Source: Candidatus Latescibacterota bacterium
Lineage (GTDB): Bacteria; Latescibacterota; UBA2968; UBA8231
Assembly: GCA_965204725.1 (NCBI GenBank)
Contig: OZ242005.1
Location: 4,256,001-4,320,000, forward strand
Reading direction: 5' to 3'
Length of the DNA stretch: 64,000 bases
The position numbers and the translations under genes are program-made. Each line of letters starts with the position of its first letter. Position 1 is the first letter of the stretch. The notes under the pieces are model-generated. The model made no database searches and was not told the origin of the DNA. It saw only the letters and a program-made list of their open reading frames with translations. Below are positions 1-9,884 of the stretch, in pieces.

Positions 1-1028
1 CGCGAGATATACCCTTGGTAGTTCTGATTGACGAGGGTAGTGCCAGCGCGTCCGAAATCGTTGCTGGAGCTATCCAAGACAACGATCGAGGGGTGATTGT
101 CGGAACGGCATCCTTTGGCAAAGGTTCGGTACAGACCATATTCGACCTACGCGAAGAGGCGTCTAGTGCTTTGAAGCTGACGACGGCACTCTACTACGCG
201 CCAAGCGGGCGTAGTATCCACCGCGAACAGGATATAGTTCGGCCTGTGCATCGAGTCCTGTTCGGCGATAGGGAGCTGCCGCATCAGTTAGTGATGGACC
301 TTATTTTGCGCTCAGATAATAGGGTTAAGGCCCTTTCTGCACTCCAATCTCATTTTGATATGGATTCTGAGTCCGCAGAGAGCGTTCTCTTGATCCGTTT
401 GGGTGATTTAGTGGGTAGATCCAAGATAGGAGAGGCAGGATTGTTGGATAGCATTTCAAACCGAACTTATTATACTCAGCGAGGTCGCAAGGTCTTCGGC
501 GGCGGCGGTATTAAGCCCGATATTGGTGTCGAGCAAGAACCATTCCCTCCCTACATACAAAAGTTAGAGCGGCGGCGGCTCTTCTTTGACTTTGTCATAG
601 ACTATGTATCAACTGACTCGTCTTGGGCAGAGGAACATCCAAGCTTGACCGTCAGCGATGAGATGGTTAAGGGTTTTATAGAGTTCGTCCGCACTAAGAA
701 CAGAAGCCTGGATCAAGGCCAAGAAGGGTTGAGCCAAATAGAAGAACTTGAGGGCTTGGCTGAGGAAATGGATTGGGATAAGGCTGCACAGGAGTTAATC
801 CATCAGCTAAGGGCGGCGGTGGAGCAGGAGTGGGAGCGGCGGTATAGCAGCAAGTTAGAACCTTATATAAAGAATGCTTTACGTCGAGAACTAGTCTTGC
901 GTTTCAGAGGAAGAAAGGCCCAACTTCTTGAAGAATTGAAGGAGGATGTACAGCTAGCGAAGGCGGTAGAAGTGCTAGGAGACCAAGACCAATACTTGGG
1001 GGTATTGGCCGCAGAAAAAGCGAAGTGA
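1..1028 (+). CDS. ctpA: C-terminal processing protease (S41A), 5' truncated by window edge
   Basis: Frame is open to the window start; motifs [56 protein letters not shown]. Confidence 0.93.
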   Translation, partial: RDIPLVVLIDEGSASASEIVAGAIQDNDRGVIVGTASFGKGSVQTIFDLREEASSALKLTTALYYAPSGRSIHREQDIVRPVHRVLFGDRELPHQLVMDLILRSDNRVKALSALQSHFDMDSESAESVLLIRLGDLVGRSKIGEAGLLDSISNRTYYTQRGRKVFGGGGIKPDIGVEQEPFPPYIQKLERRRLFFDFVIDYVSTDSSWAEEHPSLTVSDEMVKGFIEFVRTKNRSLDQGQEGLSQIEELEGLAEEMDWDKAAQELIHQLRAAVEQEWERRYSSKLEPYIKNALRRELVLRFRGRKAQLLEELKEDVQLAKAVEVLGDQDQYLGVLAAEKAK

Positions 1029-1087
1029 GCGGCGATAAGCGGGGCTTTGTAATCGTCTGATTCTGTATCATTTTATAACTACTAAGC

Positions 1088-2623
1088 GTGAGGCAGATCG
1101 TGCAAACAGAGATTTTTATCAACCAAGGCATTCACGAATCCCGTATTGCCATCTTGGAAGAGGGGCGTCTAGCTGAAGTCTGGGTCGAAAGGCCCGAAAG
1201 TGAGCGGACGGTAGGGGACATATACAAAGGGGTTGTAACGGCCGTTTTACCTGGCCTACAGGCTGCATTTGTCGAGATAGGCCATGATCGCACCGCGTTC
1301 CTCCAAGTGCGCGATATGGTGGAGGCTGATAAAGGAGAGACCGAGGGGGCGCGTAACGGACACCGCTCTCGCCAGCGCGGTTATCCTTGCATTCAAAACC
1401 TAATCAAGAAGGGCGAAGAGGTGCTGGTGCAAATCACCAAAGAGCCCATAGGCACTAAAGGTGCCCGTGTGACAACTCAGTTATCGCTTCCGGGTCGTTT
1501 TATGGTACTGGTTCCGGGAGGTAATTGGGTTGGTGTATCGCGCAAGATCACGAGTCGGAACGAACGCAAAAGACTGAGAGATCAGGTACTCAAGATCAAA
1601 CCCAATGGCTACTCAGTAATCGTGCGGACCGAAGGACAGAACCAGAGCGATCGCGAGTTCAAACGCGATATGAAGCAGCTAGTAAAAAACCACGAGCGCC
1701 TGCTCAAGACTAGCAAGAAGGTTGGAGTACCTGCCTTAGTGTACAAGGAAATGGGCATGACCTCCAGCGTAATACGCGACCTGTTCACCGACAATGTGAA
1801 TCGGCTAGTCGTTGATAGCAAAGAGCTGTACAAGGAGATAACGGCTTATTTGCGGCAGGTTTCCCCTAAATTGCGTCAAAGGGTTGAGCTTTACCGAGAT
1901 CGTCGGCCCATTTTCGATGCCTTCAATATTGAGGAAGATATTGAGAAGGCGACCAACCGCACAGTGTGGTTGCGGCGGGGCGGAGCCTTGGTCATTGACT
2001 ACGCCGAGGCGGGGACCTTTATCGACGTGAACTCAGCCCGTTATCTCGGCTCAGACAATCAGGAGGAAAACAATCTTAACACCAACCTAAAGGCCGCTCG
2101 TGAGATTGCCCGCCAACTCAAGCTCCGCGACATTGGCGGAATTATCGTCATCGACTTTATCGATATGAGTGAGGCGCACAACCGCAGAAAGGTCGTTGAC
2201 TGCTTGGTCGAGGAGTTCAAAAGGGATCGGGCGAAGGTCTCTATCAGCCCGAACATCAGCGAGTTTGGCTTGGTTGAAATGACTCGCCAGCGCGTCCGTC
2301 CAAACCTTTTGCACACTCATAGCGATCCTTGTCCCATTTGCAGCGGCACGGGCCGAATTATGGGGCCAGACACAACCTTGACTTGGATTGAACGCTGGCT
2401 TCAGCGTTCGTATGCTGCCACCCGTGAAAGACGCTACGTGTTAAAGGTCCACCCCGATGTGGCCACCTATATGCTAGAAAACCGCGAGGAACGGCTCAAG
2501 TCGTTGCGTAAGGCGACCAAAGCTCGCCTCCAAATTGAGACCGATTCCACTTTGGGGCCTCAAGACTATCTTTTTTTCTCGACCAAACGCAGCCTAGACG
2601 TGACAGCCGAGTTTCGGGTTTGA
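1088..2623 (+). CDS. rng: Ribonuclease E/G family endoribonuclease
   Basis: S1 domain GDIYKGVV...PGLQAAFVEIG, IDVNSAR, LRDIGGIIVIDFIDM, Zn-link CPICSGTG. Confidence 0.92.
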   Translation: MRQIVQTEIFINQGIHESRIAILEEGRLAEVWVERPESERTVGDIYKGVVTAVLPGLQAAFVEIGHDRTAFLQVRDMVEADKGETEGARNGHRSRQRGYPCIQNLIKKGEEVLVQITKEPIGTKGARVTTQLSLPGRFMVLVPGGNWVGVSRKITSRNERKRLRDQVLKIKPNGYSVIVRTEGQNQSDREFKRDMKQLVKNHERLLKTSKKVGVPALVYKEMGMTSSVIRDLFTDNVNRLVVDSKELYKEITAYLRQVSPKLRQRVELYRDRRPIFDAFNIEEDIEKATNRTVWLRRGGALVIDYAEAGTFIDVNSARYLGSDNQEENNLNTNLKAAREIARQLKLRDIGGIIVIDFIDMSEAHNRRKVVDCLVEEFKRDRAKVSISPNISEFGLVEMTRQRVRPNLLHTHSDPCPICSGTGRIMGPDTTLTWIERWLQRSYAATRERRYVLKVHPDVATYMLENREERLKSLRKATKARLQIETDSTLGPQDYLFFSTKRSLDVTAEFRV

Positions 2624-2648
2624 CAGAAAAAATTCTGGCCTATACCTT
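2620..2648 (+). promoter_or_regulatory. sigma70-type promoter for rplU-rpmA
   Basis: TTGACA-17 nt-TACCTT, ~50 nt upstream of rplU. Confidence 0.6.
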
Positions 2649-2699
2649 TAGATGTTTCTTGGTTGATTGCGAAATAGTCTTAGCTTAGGAGCGTAAATC

Positions 2700-3017
2700 A
2701 TGTATGCAGTTGTCAATATCGCCGGCCATCAGATCAAAGTCGACAAAGGTCAGTGTCTGCGCGTACCTCGGCTTCAGGTCGAAGAGGGCAGCACTCAGGA
2801 ATTTACCGACGTATTGCTAATTTCCGGCGATGACGAGACTAGGATTGGCAACCCCACGGTCAAGGGGGCCAGTGTTTCGGCGACGGTCGTCGGCCATAGC
2901 CGCGGGGACAAGATCGTCGTTTTTAAGAAGAAGCGGCGCAAGAAATACCGGCGGCGCAATGGTCACCGCCAAAATTACACCGAGATTCGGGTGGAGGACA
3001 TCGTTCTCCCGAACTGA
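2700..3017 (+). CDS. rplU: 50S ribosomal protein L21
   Basis: [14 protein letters not shown]...[23 protein letters not shown]; AGGAG SD. Confidence 0.98.
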   Translation: MYAVVNIAGHQIKVDKGQCLRVPRLQVEEGSTQEFTDVLLISGDDETRIGNPTVKGASVSATVVGHSRGDKIVVFKKKRRKKYRRRNGHRQNYTEIRVEDIVLPN

Positions 3018-3037
3018 GTGAGAAAGGACTAGGTATT

Positions 3038-3292
3038 ATGGCTCATAAAAAGGGCGTCGGTAGTTCTAAAAACGGGCGCGATAGCAATGCCCAGCGTCTA
3101 GGCGTTAAGCGCTTTGGGGGACAGAGGGTCAGTGCAGGCACGATTATCGTGCGGCAACGCGGTACGCGCATTCATCCGGGCGTCAATGTCAAGAAGGGCG
3201 GGGACGATACGCTCTTCGCCACAATTGATGGGCAGGTGAAATTTGAGGCTTTCGGCAAGAAGGGCAAGCGGGTGAGTGTGTACGCTGCCTAA
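3038..3292 (+). CDS. rpmA: 50S ribosomal protein L27
   Basis: [24 protein letters not shown]. Confidence 0.99.
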   Translation: MAHKKGVGSSKNGRDSNAQRLGVKRFGGQRVSAGTIIVRQRGTRIHPGVNVKKGGDDTLFATIDGQVKFEAFGKKGKRVSVYAA

Positions 3293-3332
3293 GAAGATGA
3301 GTCAATAAATCATAACGCGAAATGTATTGAGG

Positions 3333-3366
3333 CAGGCTCCATCAGAATGATTGGGCCTGTTTTTTT
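3333..3366 (+). terminator. Intrinsic terminator after rpmA
   Basis: CAGGCTC...GGGCCTG stem followed by T7. Confidence 0.65.
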
Positions 3367-3446
3367 GGCTTTGTACCAGGGGCCTTGCTGGTAGAAAGGG
3401 GTTTTTGTACTCTTTTACTTTCCACCGAATGGAATAGATAATTCTC

Positions 3447-4604
3447 ATGAAAATTCACGAATATCAAGCCAAAAAAATTCTGCGCCAGTACCAAGTCGCC
3501 GTACCTAGTGGCACCATGGCCACGACAGCCAACCAAGCCGAACGCGTGGCCGCCGAATTGGGTGGAAAGGTCGTAATTAAGGCCCAAATTCACGCTGGAG
3601 GTCGAGGCAAGGGCGGGGGCGTCAAATTGGCGGCTAACCCCGAAGAGGTGCGCCAAGCGACCAGCGAGATTCTCGGCATGCAGCTCGTTACTCACCAGAC
3701 TGGCCCTGAGGGCCAAAAGGTCAAGCAAGTCCTAGTGGAGAAGGCCTCGGATATAGAACGCGAGTTTTACTTGGGCATCACTCTCGACCGGGCACAGAGT
3801 AAGCCAGTGGTTATGGCCAGCCAAGAGGGCGGAGTTGAAATTGAGGAGGTTGCCGTTGCGACCCCAGAAAAAATTCTCAAGGAAACGGTCGATCCTAGAG
3901 TGGGGCTACAGGCATTCCAAGCAACACGCCTAGCATTTGGGCTTGGCTTTGAAGGCAAACAGGTTCGCCAAGCAATCAGCTTTATCCTTAGCCTCTATAG
4001 GGCCTATGTCGATGCCGACTGCTCGCTGGTCGAGATCAATCCCTTGGTGGTGACCGCCGACGGGCAGCTCTTGGCACTGGATGCCAAAATAGACATAGAC
4101 GACAACGCGCTCTTCCGCCACCCCGACTTAGCGAAAATGCACGATGTGGATGAAGAGGAGGAATTGGAGGTCGAAGCAGCCAAATACGGTCTGAACTACA
4201 TCAAACTCGACGGCAATATCGGTTGTATGGTCAACGGTGCTGGATTGGCGATGGCCACTATGGACATCATCAAGCTCTCGGGTGCCGAGCCAGCTAATTT
4301 TCTGGATGTAGGCGGAGGGGCCAGTGCTGAGACCGTGGAAAACGGCTTCCGAATTTTGCTTTCCGACCCGAATGTAAAGGCCATACTCATCAATATCTTC
4401 GGAGGCATTGTGCGCTGTGACCGCGTGGCCGCAGGCGTGATTGAGGCGCGCAAAAACATTGAAGTCAATGTGCCTATCGTCGTGCGACTAGCCGGGACCA
4501 ACGCGGAGGTGGCTGCCGAAATGCTGGAAAACTCCGACATGGACTTTGCCGTTGGGCACGGACTAAAAGACGCGGCGGCGATGGTCAAGGCGACTATTCC
4601 ATAA
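3447..4604 (+). CDS. sucC: Succinyl-CoA synthetase beta subunit
   Basis: [45 protein letters not shown]. Confidence 0.98.
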   Translation: MKIHEYQAKKILRQYQVAVPSGTMATTANQAERVAAELGGKVVIKAQIHAGGRGKGGGVKLAANPEEVRQATSEILGMQLVTHQTGPEGQKVKQVLVEKASDIEREFYLGITLDRAQSKPVVMASQEGGVEIEEVAVATPEKILKETVDPRVGLQAFQATRLAFGLGFEGKQVRQAISFILSLYRAYVDADCSLVEINPLVVTADGQLLALDAKIDIDDNALFRHPDLAKMHDVDEEEELEVEAAKYGLNYIKLDGNIGCMVNGAGLAMATMDIIKLSGAEPANFLDVGGGASAETVENGFRILLSDPNVKAILINIFGGIVRCDRVAAGVIEARKNIEVNVPIVVRLAGTNAEVAAEMLENSDMDFAVGHGLKDAAAMVKATIP

Positions 4605-4617
4605 GAGGAGTACAGGG

Positions 4618-5487
4618 ATGAGTGTTTTAATCGACGAAAACACCAAGGTTTTTGTACAGGCAATTACTGGGTCGGAGGGCTCTTTTCACACTCGACAAAT
4701 GCTGGAGTACGGCACAAAGGTGGTAGGAGGAGCAACACCTGGCAAAGGCGGCCAAGAATTTGAAGGCATTCCGGTGTTTAATACGGTCGCTGAAGGCGTT
4801 GAGGCCTCTGGTGCCAATGCTTCAATCATCTTTGTGCCAGCCCCCTTTGCCGCCGATGCCATTATGGAAGCGGCCGATGCCGGTCTAGAGTTGGTCATCT
4901 GTATCAGCGAAAATATTCCCGTGAGCGACATGGTTAAAGCCTACGATTATGTACAGGCGCGCTCTACCCGGCTGATCGGGCCTAATTGCCCCGGCGTCAT
5001 CTCGCCTGGGAAGTGCAAAGTCGGCATTATGCCCGACTTTATTCACCAGCTAGGTCGCGTGGGTATTATCTCACGTAGCGGAACGCTGACCTACGAAGCC
5101 GTGGGGCAGCTTACTGAGCGGGGCCTAGGCCAGTCCACTGCTATCGGCATTGGCGGCGACCCAATTATCGGTACGCGCTTTGTGGACGCGCTGGCACTTT
5201 TTAAGGACGATCCTGAAACCGATGCAGTCGTGATGATCGGCGAGATCGGCGGCACCGCTGAAGAAGAAGCGGCCGCCTATATCAAAGAGTGCTACGACAT
5301 GCCTGTCATTGGCTTTATCGCGGGGCGCACGGCACCTCCGGGGCGGCGGATGGGACATGCAGGAGCTATTATTTCAGGTGGTAAGGGAACAGCCGAGGAC
5401 AAGATGGCGGCGATGCGGGAAGCCGGAATTCACATCTGTGAGAGTCCTGCGGAAATTGGGGAAACGGTAGAGAAGGTGCTGGGCTGA
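4618..5487 (+). CDS. sucD: Succinyl-CoA synthetase alpha subunit
   Basis: [24 protein letters not shown] (phospho-His). Confidence 0.98.
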   Translation: MSVLIDENTKVFVQAITGSEGSFHTRQMLEYGTKVVGGATPGKGGQEFEGIPVFNTVAEGVEASGANASIIFVPAPFAADAIMEAADAGLELVICISENIPVSDMVKAYDYVQARSTRLIGPNCPGVISPGKCKVGIMPDFIHQLGRVGIISRSGTLTYEAVGQLTERGLGQSTAIGIGGDPIIGTRFVDALALFKDDPETDAVVMIGEIGGTAEEEAAAYIKECYDMPVIGFIAGRTAPPGRRMGHAGAIISGGKGTAEDKMAAMREAGIHICESPAEIGETVEKVLG

Positions 5488-5600
5488 TTGGGGATGTTTT
5501 TCTACGTTCAACAATTCAAGAGTCTGGCTGGGAAAGGTTTCTCCTAACCAATAGCGGCATAACGGCGGGTTGGCGGCTAAGAAGCAGGAGTCAGGCAGAG

Positions 5601-6566
5601 TTATGAGGCTACTGGGTAATTATCAAGCCGCCTTTGAATGAGCATCGCCTGTAGATAACCCCGAGTGCGGCTGGACCAGAACAGGTAACTAAAGACCAAA
5701 TCCGGGACATAGGTTTTCATAAGCCAGCGGGTCAACCAGCGGATTGGATAGTGAATCGGCGACAACAGGGCTAGCTGAAGTGCTATCCGCCGAGGAGAAA
5801 ATGCAGAGGCCCTGATAAAGTCCAGCCGGAGGACGGCGTCAAGTTCAGGGTGCTTGCGTAAAAGGACGGGGATTGACTTGCTGCCGTAAGTTTGCATTAA
5901 GCGGCAGAGTGGCTCCAATGAACGCAAGTGATAGTGGTAGGACAGGGCTTCAGGGGCATAGTAAAGCGGAATACCCGCTAAATGGAGGCGGTACCCCAAT
6001 TCTAGGTCTTCGCCGCCATAAGCAGTGAGATCCTCGTCGAAAAAACCCACGCGGCGCAGAGACGACCGGCGAACCGAGGAGTTGCCGGTGACGAAGCACT
6101 TGAAAGGTATGGGCTTATCCGTGTCGACCCTGTGAACACCCCTTCTTTCGAGATAGCGGGTCAGGGATGTAGTGGGAATTTCAGGGGCAAAGCGGATGTT
6201 ACCGATAAAAACAGCTTCTACATGGGTTTGATGCCGTTGGGCATGGGCACGGAGAAAATTTATGCCAACGGTCATATCGCTGTCGAGAAAGACAACTACA
6301 TCACCGCTGGCTACTCGAAGTGCCGCGTTGCGTGCCCGAGCGCGTCCCTGATTCTGTTCGTTGCGAATCAACCGCAACTGTAAAGGCGCGACTGCCGCAT
6401 GTAAGTGATCGGCGTCCAAGTGGGGGGAGGCGTCGTCCACCACGATGATTTGAATCGCCTCATGGGGATAATTTTGCTGCGACAGGCTTTTAAGTGCTGC
6501 TTCGAGGCACTCAGGCTCGCCATAGGTAGGCATCACGATGCTGAGCGTCAGCGGGGAGGCACTCAT
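5601..6566 (-). CDS. Glycosyltransferase family 2
   Basis: IIVVDDAS, GRARARN, FLDSD, GEDLELGYRL. Confidence 0.92.
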   Translation of the reverse strand: MSASPLTLSIVMPTYGEPECLEAALKSLSQQNYPHEAIQIIVVDDASPHLDADHLHAAVAPLQLRLIRNEQNQGRARARNAALRVASGDVVVFLDSDMTVGINFLRAHAQRHQTHVEAVFIGNIRFAPEIPTTSLTRYLERRGVHRVDTDKPIPFKCFVTGNSSVRRSSLRRVGFFDEDLTAYGGEDLELGYRLHLAGIPLYYAPEALSYHYHLRSLEPLCRLMQTYGSKSIPVLLRKHPELDAVLRLDFIRASAFSPRRIALQLALLSPIHYPIRWLTRWLMKTYVPDLVFSYLFWSSRTRGYLQAMLIQRRLDNYPVAS

Positions 6567-7678
6567 GCTAGAGTTGCATAAAGCTGGGTGAGTTGGGCGG
6601 CTTCTCGTTCCCAGTTATAGTGCCGTGCCGCCTGCAAACTCGCCTTAGTACATGCCTCCCGCTGCTCTGCATTGTCCAAAAAAGTGGCGATCTGCTCTCG
6701 GATGGCAACTATATCGGTTGGATCGACCGTAGCCCCGGTACGTGTTTCGCGGACGATACGTTGCATTTCAGGAAAGTTGCTAGCTAGGACTGGTAGCCCG
6801 GCCATCATATATTCAAAGAGCTTGTTGGGCAGAGAGTAGTAAAAGCTCTTGCCCGTGCCTTTTATCAGACACAGTCCCAAGTCGGCCGAGCAAGTATAGT
6901 TGTGAAGTTGGTGAAAGGGCACCCGGGGAATAAAGAAGACTTGGTCGTCTAGTCTCGCAGCGCGGACTTGGTTCCGCAGGGCCTGTTCGCTAGGCCCGTC
7001 CCCAATCAAAACTAAGGCAGCGGCAAGCCCAGCAGCGGCCTCAATTTGCTCGCGCAAGCCATTTTCGGTGAGGAATCCCCCTTGGTAGAGAACAATAGGG
7101 CGGTCATCGGGCAGGTCCAGCGTTTCGCGTATCAGGTTGCTTTGGTCCTTATGGCGGAATAGAGGCAAATTATGCAGAACAACGACCTCGTCAAGGCCGT
7201 AACGCTCCTTGAGTGATTGGGCGATAGACCCACTGACGGTTATGACTCGATCTACCTGTCTTATCAGCCGCTTCTCTAGCAAACTCCAGCAGGACCGCAT
7301 CAGCGGCCGACTGACCAGTGAGGATTGTTCGGTCCAAAATTCGTGTGAGTCATAAACGATGGGCCGATCTAGTCGCCGCGCAGCCCGCACTGCTGGCCAA
7401 AGCGAATCTAGGTCGTGGGCGTGATAGGCATCCGGGTGGATCTCAACCAATAGTCGATAAGCTCGTTGCCAAAACAAAGGATAGAGGCGGCGCAATGAGA
7501 GGCTGCGGTCTAGCGGAATCGGATGGACTTCAAAATTGTCCCATCCCTTGAGAGGGGCTGAGTTGAACGAGGAGGCGACAATGACGACTTGGTAACCAGC
7601 ACGGTGTAGCGAAGTGGCCTCTCGGTAGATGCGGTAGTCGAAATTCAGGTCGGTGAAGGCGACCATACAGATACGCAT
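6563..7678 (-). CDS. Glycosyltransferase family 4 (GT-B)
   Basis: Likely start MRICMV at 7678; YHAHD, YDSHE, LPNKLFEYMMAGLPV. Confidence 0.92.
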   Translation of the reverse strand: MRICMVAFTDLNFDYRIYREATSLHRAGYQVVIVASSFNSAPLKGWDNFEVHPIPLDRSLSLRRLYPLFWQRAYRLLVEIHPDAYHAHDLDSLWPAVRAARRLDRPIVYDSHEFWTEQSSLVSRPLMRSCWSLLEKRLIRQVDRVITVSGSIAQSLKERYGLDEVVVLHNLPLFRHKDQSNLIRETLDLPDDRPIVLYQGGFLTENGLREQIEAAAGLAAALVLIGDGPSEQALRNQVRAARLDDQVFFIPRVPFHQLHNYTCSADLGLCLIKGTGKSFYYSLPNKLFEYMMAGLPVLASNFPEMQRIVRETRTGATVDPTDIVAIREQIATFLDNAEQREACTKASLQAARHYNWEREAAQLTQLYATLA

Positions 7679-7706
7679 GACGTATAAAGGAATAGGCATA
7701 AAGGCC

Positions 7707-7744
7707 AAAAATAAAAGCAGCCCTTTTATTAAAAATGGGCTGCT
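7707..7744 (-). terminator. Intrinsic terminator ending the putative ncRNA
   Basis: Minus strand AGCAGCCC-loop-GGGCTGCT followed by TTTATTTTT. Confidence 0.8.
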
Positions 7745-7747
7745 CTT

Positions 7748-7917
7748 AAAGAAAGAGTGTGGCGGCCAGATGGTGTGATCTTGAAACGCAAGTGAGATCC
7801 TCAAACGAGGCGGTGTGGGGAGGTAGTTTTGAAGATCTCAATGACCCGAAAAGGGAAATCCGAGCTTCGCGGATCAGGACTTTGGCCACGCTATGCGGAC
7901 CGCCACACTCTATGTTG
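7748..7917 (-). ncRNA. Structured non-coding RNA (6S-like or novel)
   Basis: Perfect 12-bp closing stem 7754-7765/7900-7911, nested helices (GGCCA/TGGCC, TGATC/GATCA, GAGATC/GATCTC), no AUG on the minus strand, flanked by a promoter and a terminator. Confidence 0.7.
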
Positions 7918-7923
7918 GAAACT

Positions 7924-7952
7924 AAAATACACACGCTAGATTGTGTTGTCAA
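7924..7952 (-). promoter_or_regulatory. sigma70 promoter of the ncRNA
   Basis: Minus strand TTGACA-17 nt-TATTTT with TG just upstream of the -10. Confidence 0.75.
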
Positions 7953-7989
7953 GTAGAAAAACATGCGATAAGAAAATGGTAATGGAGTC

Positions 7990-8018
7990 TTGCACACTTA
8001 CAAGTGTGTGCATATCTT
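7990..8018 (+). promoter_or_regulatory. Promoter with overlapping palindromic operator candidate for the XRE gene
   Basis: TTGCAC-17 nt-TATCTT; palindrome CACACTT-AC-AAGTGTG at 7993-8008. Confidence 0.55.
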
Positions 8019-8058
8019 AGTAGAGGAGATGGTTGAAAATCGTTCGGAAGGATCGCAG

Positions 8059-8592
8059 ATGCAGTTTGCTGAAATGATCAAGGAGGCCCGGCTACAAGCC
8101 CATCTAAGCCAGCAGAGATTGGCCGAACAGCTCGTGACGGCACGAAGGCCCAAGGGCGTATGGGCAACCTATATAGGACAAATTGAGAAGGGGGAGAAGG
8201 TCCCTTCTGACGAAATATGTATCAAGTTGGCCGAGGTATTGGAACTAGACTCTAATAAAGTGTTGATTGCGGCCTATGAGGCCAAGGCGAGCTCGGAGGA
8301 AGGGCGTGCGATCTATGGCAAGATGATGCGCTTGCTGTCGGACCCAGTAGTCAACCAGCTCTTGTCTAACAAAGAGCCTTTGGATCCAGCCCTCTTGGGA
8401 TTGCTCTCTAATCCAGAAATCGTGGCTCTGCTCGGGGATAAACCGTGGTTAGAGGCCGTTGCCCGAGTGCATGAGAACCAGAAGGAACGCGATGTGTTGT
8501 CCCTGCTCGCTTTAGTAGAAGCGATGGACGACAAACAGTGGAATATGATAATGGGCCTTATAGAGACTTGGGGCTTAGGGCTGCCTAGTTAA
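8059..8592 (+). CDS. XRE-family helix-turn-helix transcriptional regulator
   Basis: FAEMIKEARLQAHLSQQRLAEQL...YIGQIEKGEKVPS; ATG 8059 preceded by GGAAGG. Confidence 0.85.
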   Translation: MQFAEMIKEARLQAHLSQQRLAEQLVTARRPKGVWATYIGQIEKGEKVPSDEICIKLAEVLELDSNKVLIAAYEAKASSEEGRAIYGKMMRLLSDPVVNQLLSNKEPLDPALLGLLSNPEIVALLGDKPWLEAVARVHENQKERDVLSLLALVEAMDDKQWNMIMGLIETWGLGLPS

Positions 8593-8649
8593 GGAGGCCG
8601 ATTCGCTTAGCGGATGAGGAGAATCACAGCAAAAAGAGCTAATGTCTGG

Positions 8650-9147
8650 TTAGAAGTCGGGTAGTTGGTACTCGCCGCGCTCAATGGCTTGCTCTAACTC
8701 TTGGTGGAAGGTGCTGTCTAGGTGGGAAGTGATTTTCCAACCACTAGAATCGCGAAGAAAATAAAAGAATGGAGACGTGCGCTCATCGTCTATCGTTGAA
8801 GAATCAAAGAGTAGGTAGCCGATGCGCTCGTTGATGATGCGCTCTTCGGCGATTTCTCGACGCAGGTAAGTTTTTACTTCGGCTGGCGTCTTTTGCCGCC
8901 ATCGTTCGACAAAGCTCTGACGATCTTCTCCCCCTACTTGCGAAGAATTGAAACATTCCCAAAGCAGGTCAAAGTCGCGGTTTTCTAGCGCGTATTTATA
9001 GGTTTGGAAGGTCTGAGCCGGGTGGGAGAAGCGTTGGTCTATGTCTTCGCTGTTACAGCCGTGCAGGAGGGCGAGACAAAGAAATAGAAGAAATGGTTGT
9101 AAGGCCATAGTGTGCAGCGCACGGGTCAGCATCTTGAGCAACGTCAA
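8650..9147 (-). CDS. Hypothetical lipoprotein (possibly NTF2-like)
   Basis: Hydrophobic signal plus LHGC lipobox; the true start may be MALQPF. Confidence 0.7.
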   Translation of the reverse strand: MTLLKMLTRALHTMALQPFLLFLCLALLHGCNSEDIDQRFSHPAQTFQTYKYALENRDFDLLWECFNSSQVGGEDRQSFVERWRQKTPAEVKTYLRREIAEERIINERIGYLLFDSSTIDDERTSPFFYFLRDSSGWKITSHLDSTFHQELEQAIERGEYQLPDF

Positions 9148-9188
9148 CTACTTGGTAGGAGTAAGCCTACGACCCCCCAGATTGGGCT

Positions 9189-9884
9189 TCAGTGCTTGGC
9201 TTTATTAACGAGCAATTCGATTGCGTCACGTAGCCGAGCAGCCTCTTCGTATTCTTCGCAGATAACGGCCTGTTGTAGCTGGTGCTGAAGCAGACTGAGT
9301 TCGTCTTTCTCTTCCTTGAGGGGCTGTTGAGTTTCGGCCTCTTCAGCGTTCCGCTTCGAGGGGCGGATGTCGACCGTATCGGTTTCTATATTGAGCGACT
9401 TGGAAATCTGCGTTTCAAACTCATAAAAACGGTTCAGGGTGTGTTCAACGTCCAAGTCGGTCTCCAAAGGATCCAAGCCCACCTCGTCCAGCAACGCATG
9501 AGAAACGTAGATAGGCGCATCAGTACGCAAGGCCAAAGCAATAGCGTCGCTGGGACGTGCATCGATGTCTTTTATTGTGTGATCCTTCTCAATGACGACC
9601 CTTGCGTAGTACGTTGAGTGGCGCACGTTGTGAATGACGACTTGGCGCACATTTACCGCAAGGTCATCAACCATAGAAGAGAGCAAGTCGTAGGAAATCG
9701 GACGTATAGGCCCATCGTTTTCTAGCCGCATCCGAATGGCGGCGGCCTCAAATTCGCCAATGGGAATGGGCAAGAGCCGCGGCAATTCACCTTCCTTCTC
9801 GCTTAACCAGACCAAGGGCCTATCCTCTCGCAAGTAGGGACTAACCTTGACCACGGTCATCTCGACTAAAGAGGTATTACTCAT
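9189..9884 (-). CDS. Bifunctional nuclease (DUF151) with C-terminal UVR motif
   Basis: LPIPIGEFEAAAI, RPISYDL, IDARPSDAIALALR, EEYEEAARLRD. Confidence 0.9.
   Translation of the reverse strand: MSNTSLVEMTVVKVSPYLREDRPLVWLSEKEGELPRLLPIPIGEFEAAAIRMRLENDGPIRPISYDLLSSMVDDLAVNVRQVVIHNVRHSTYYARVVIEKDHTIKDIDARPSDAIALALRTDAPIYVSHALLDEVGLDPLETDLDVEHTLNRFYEFETQISKSLNIETDTVDIRPSKRNAEEAETQQPLKEEKDELSLLQHQLQQAVICEEYEEAARLRDAIELLVNKAKH

Noticed and set aside
7759-7997. Short ORFs (65 aa +, 83 aa -) and a 36-aa TTG ORF after GGGGAGGT, considered as a type I toxin
   Set aside because: No hydrophobic toxin character, poor SD spacing and no plus-strand promoter seen; better explained as shadows of the structured RNA
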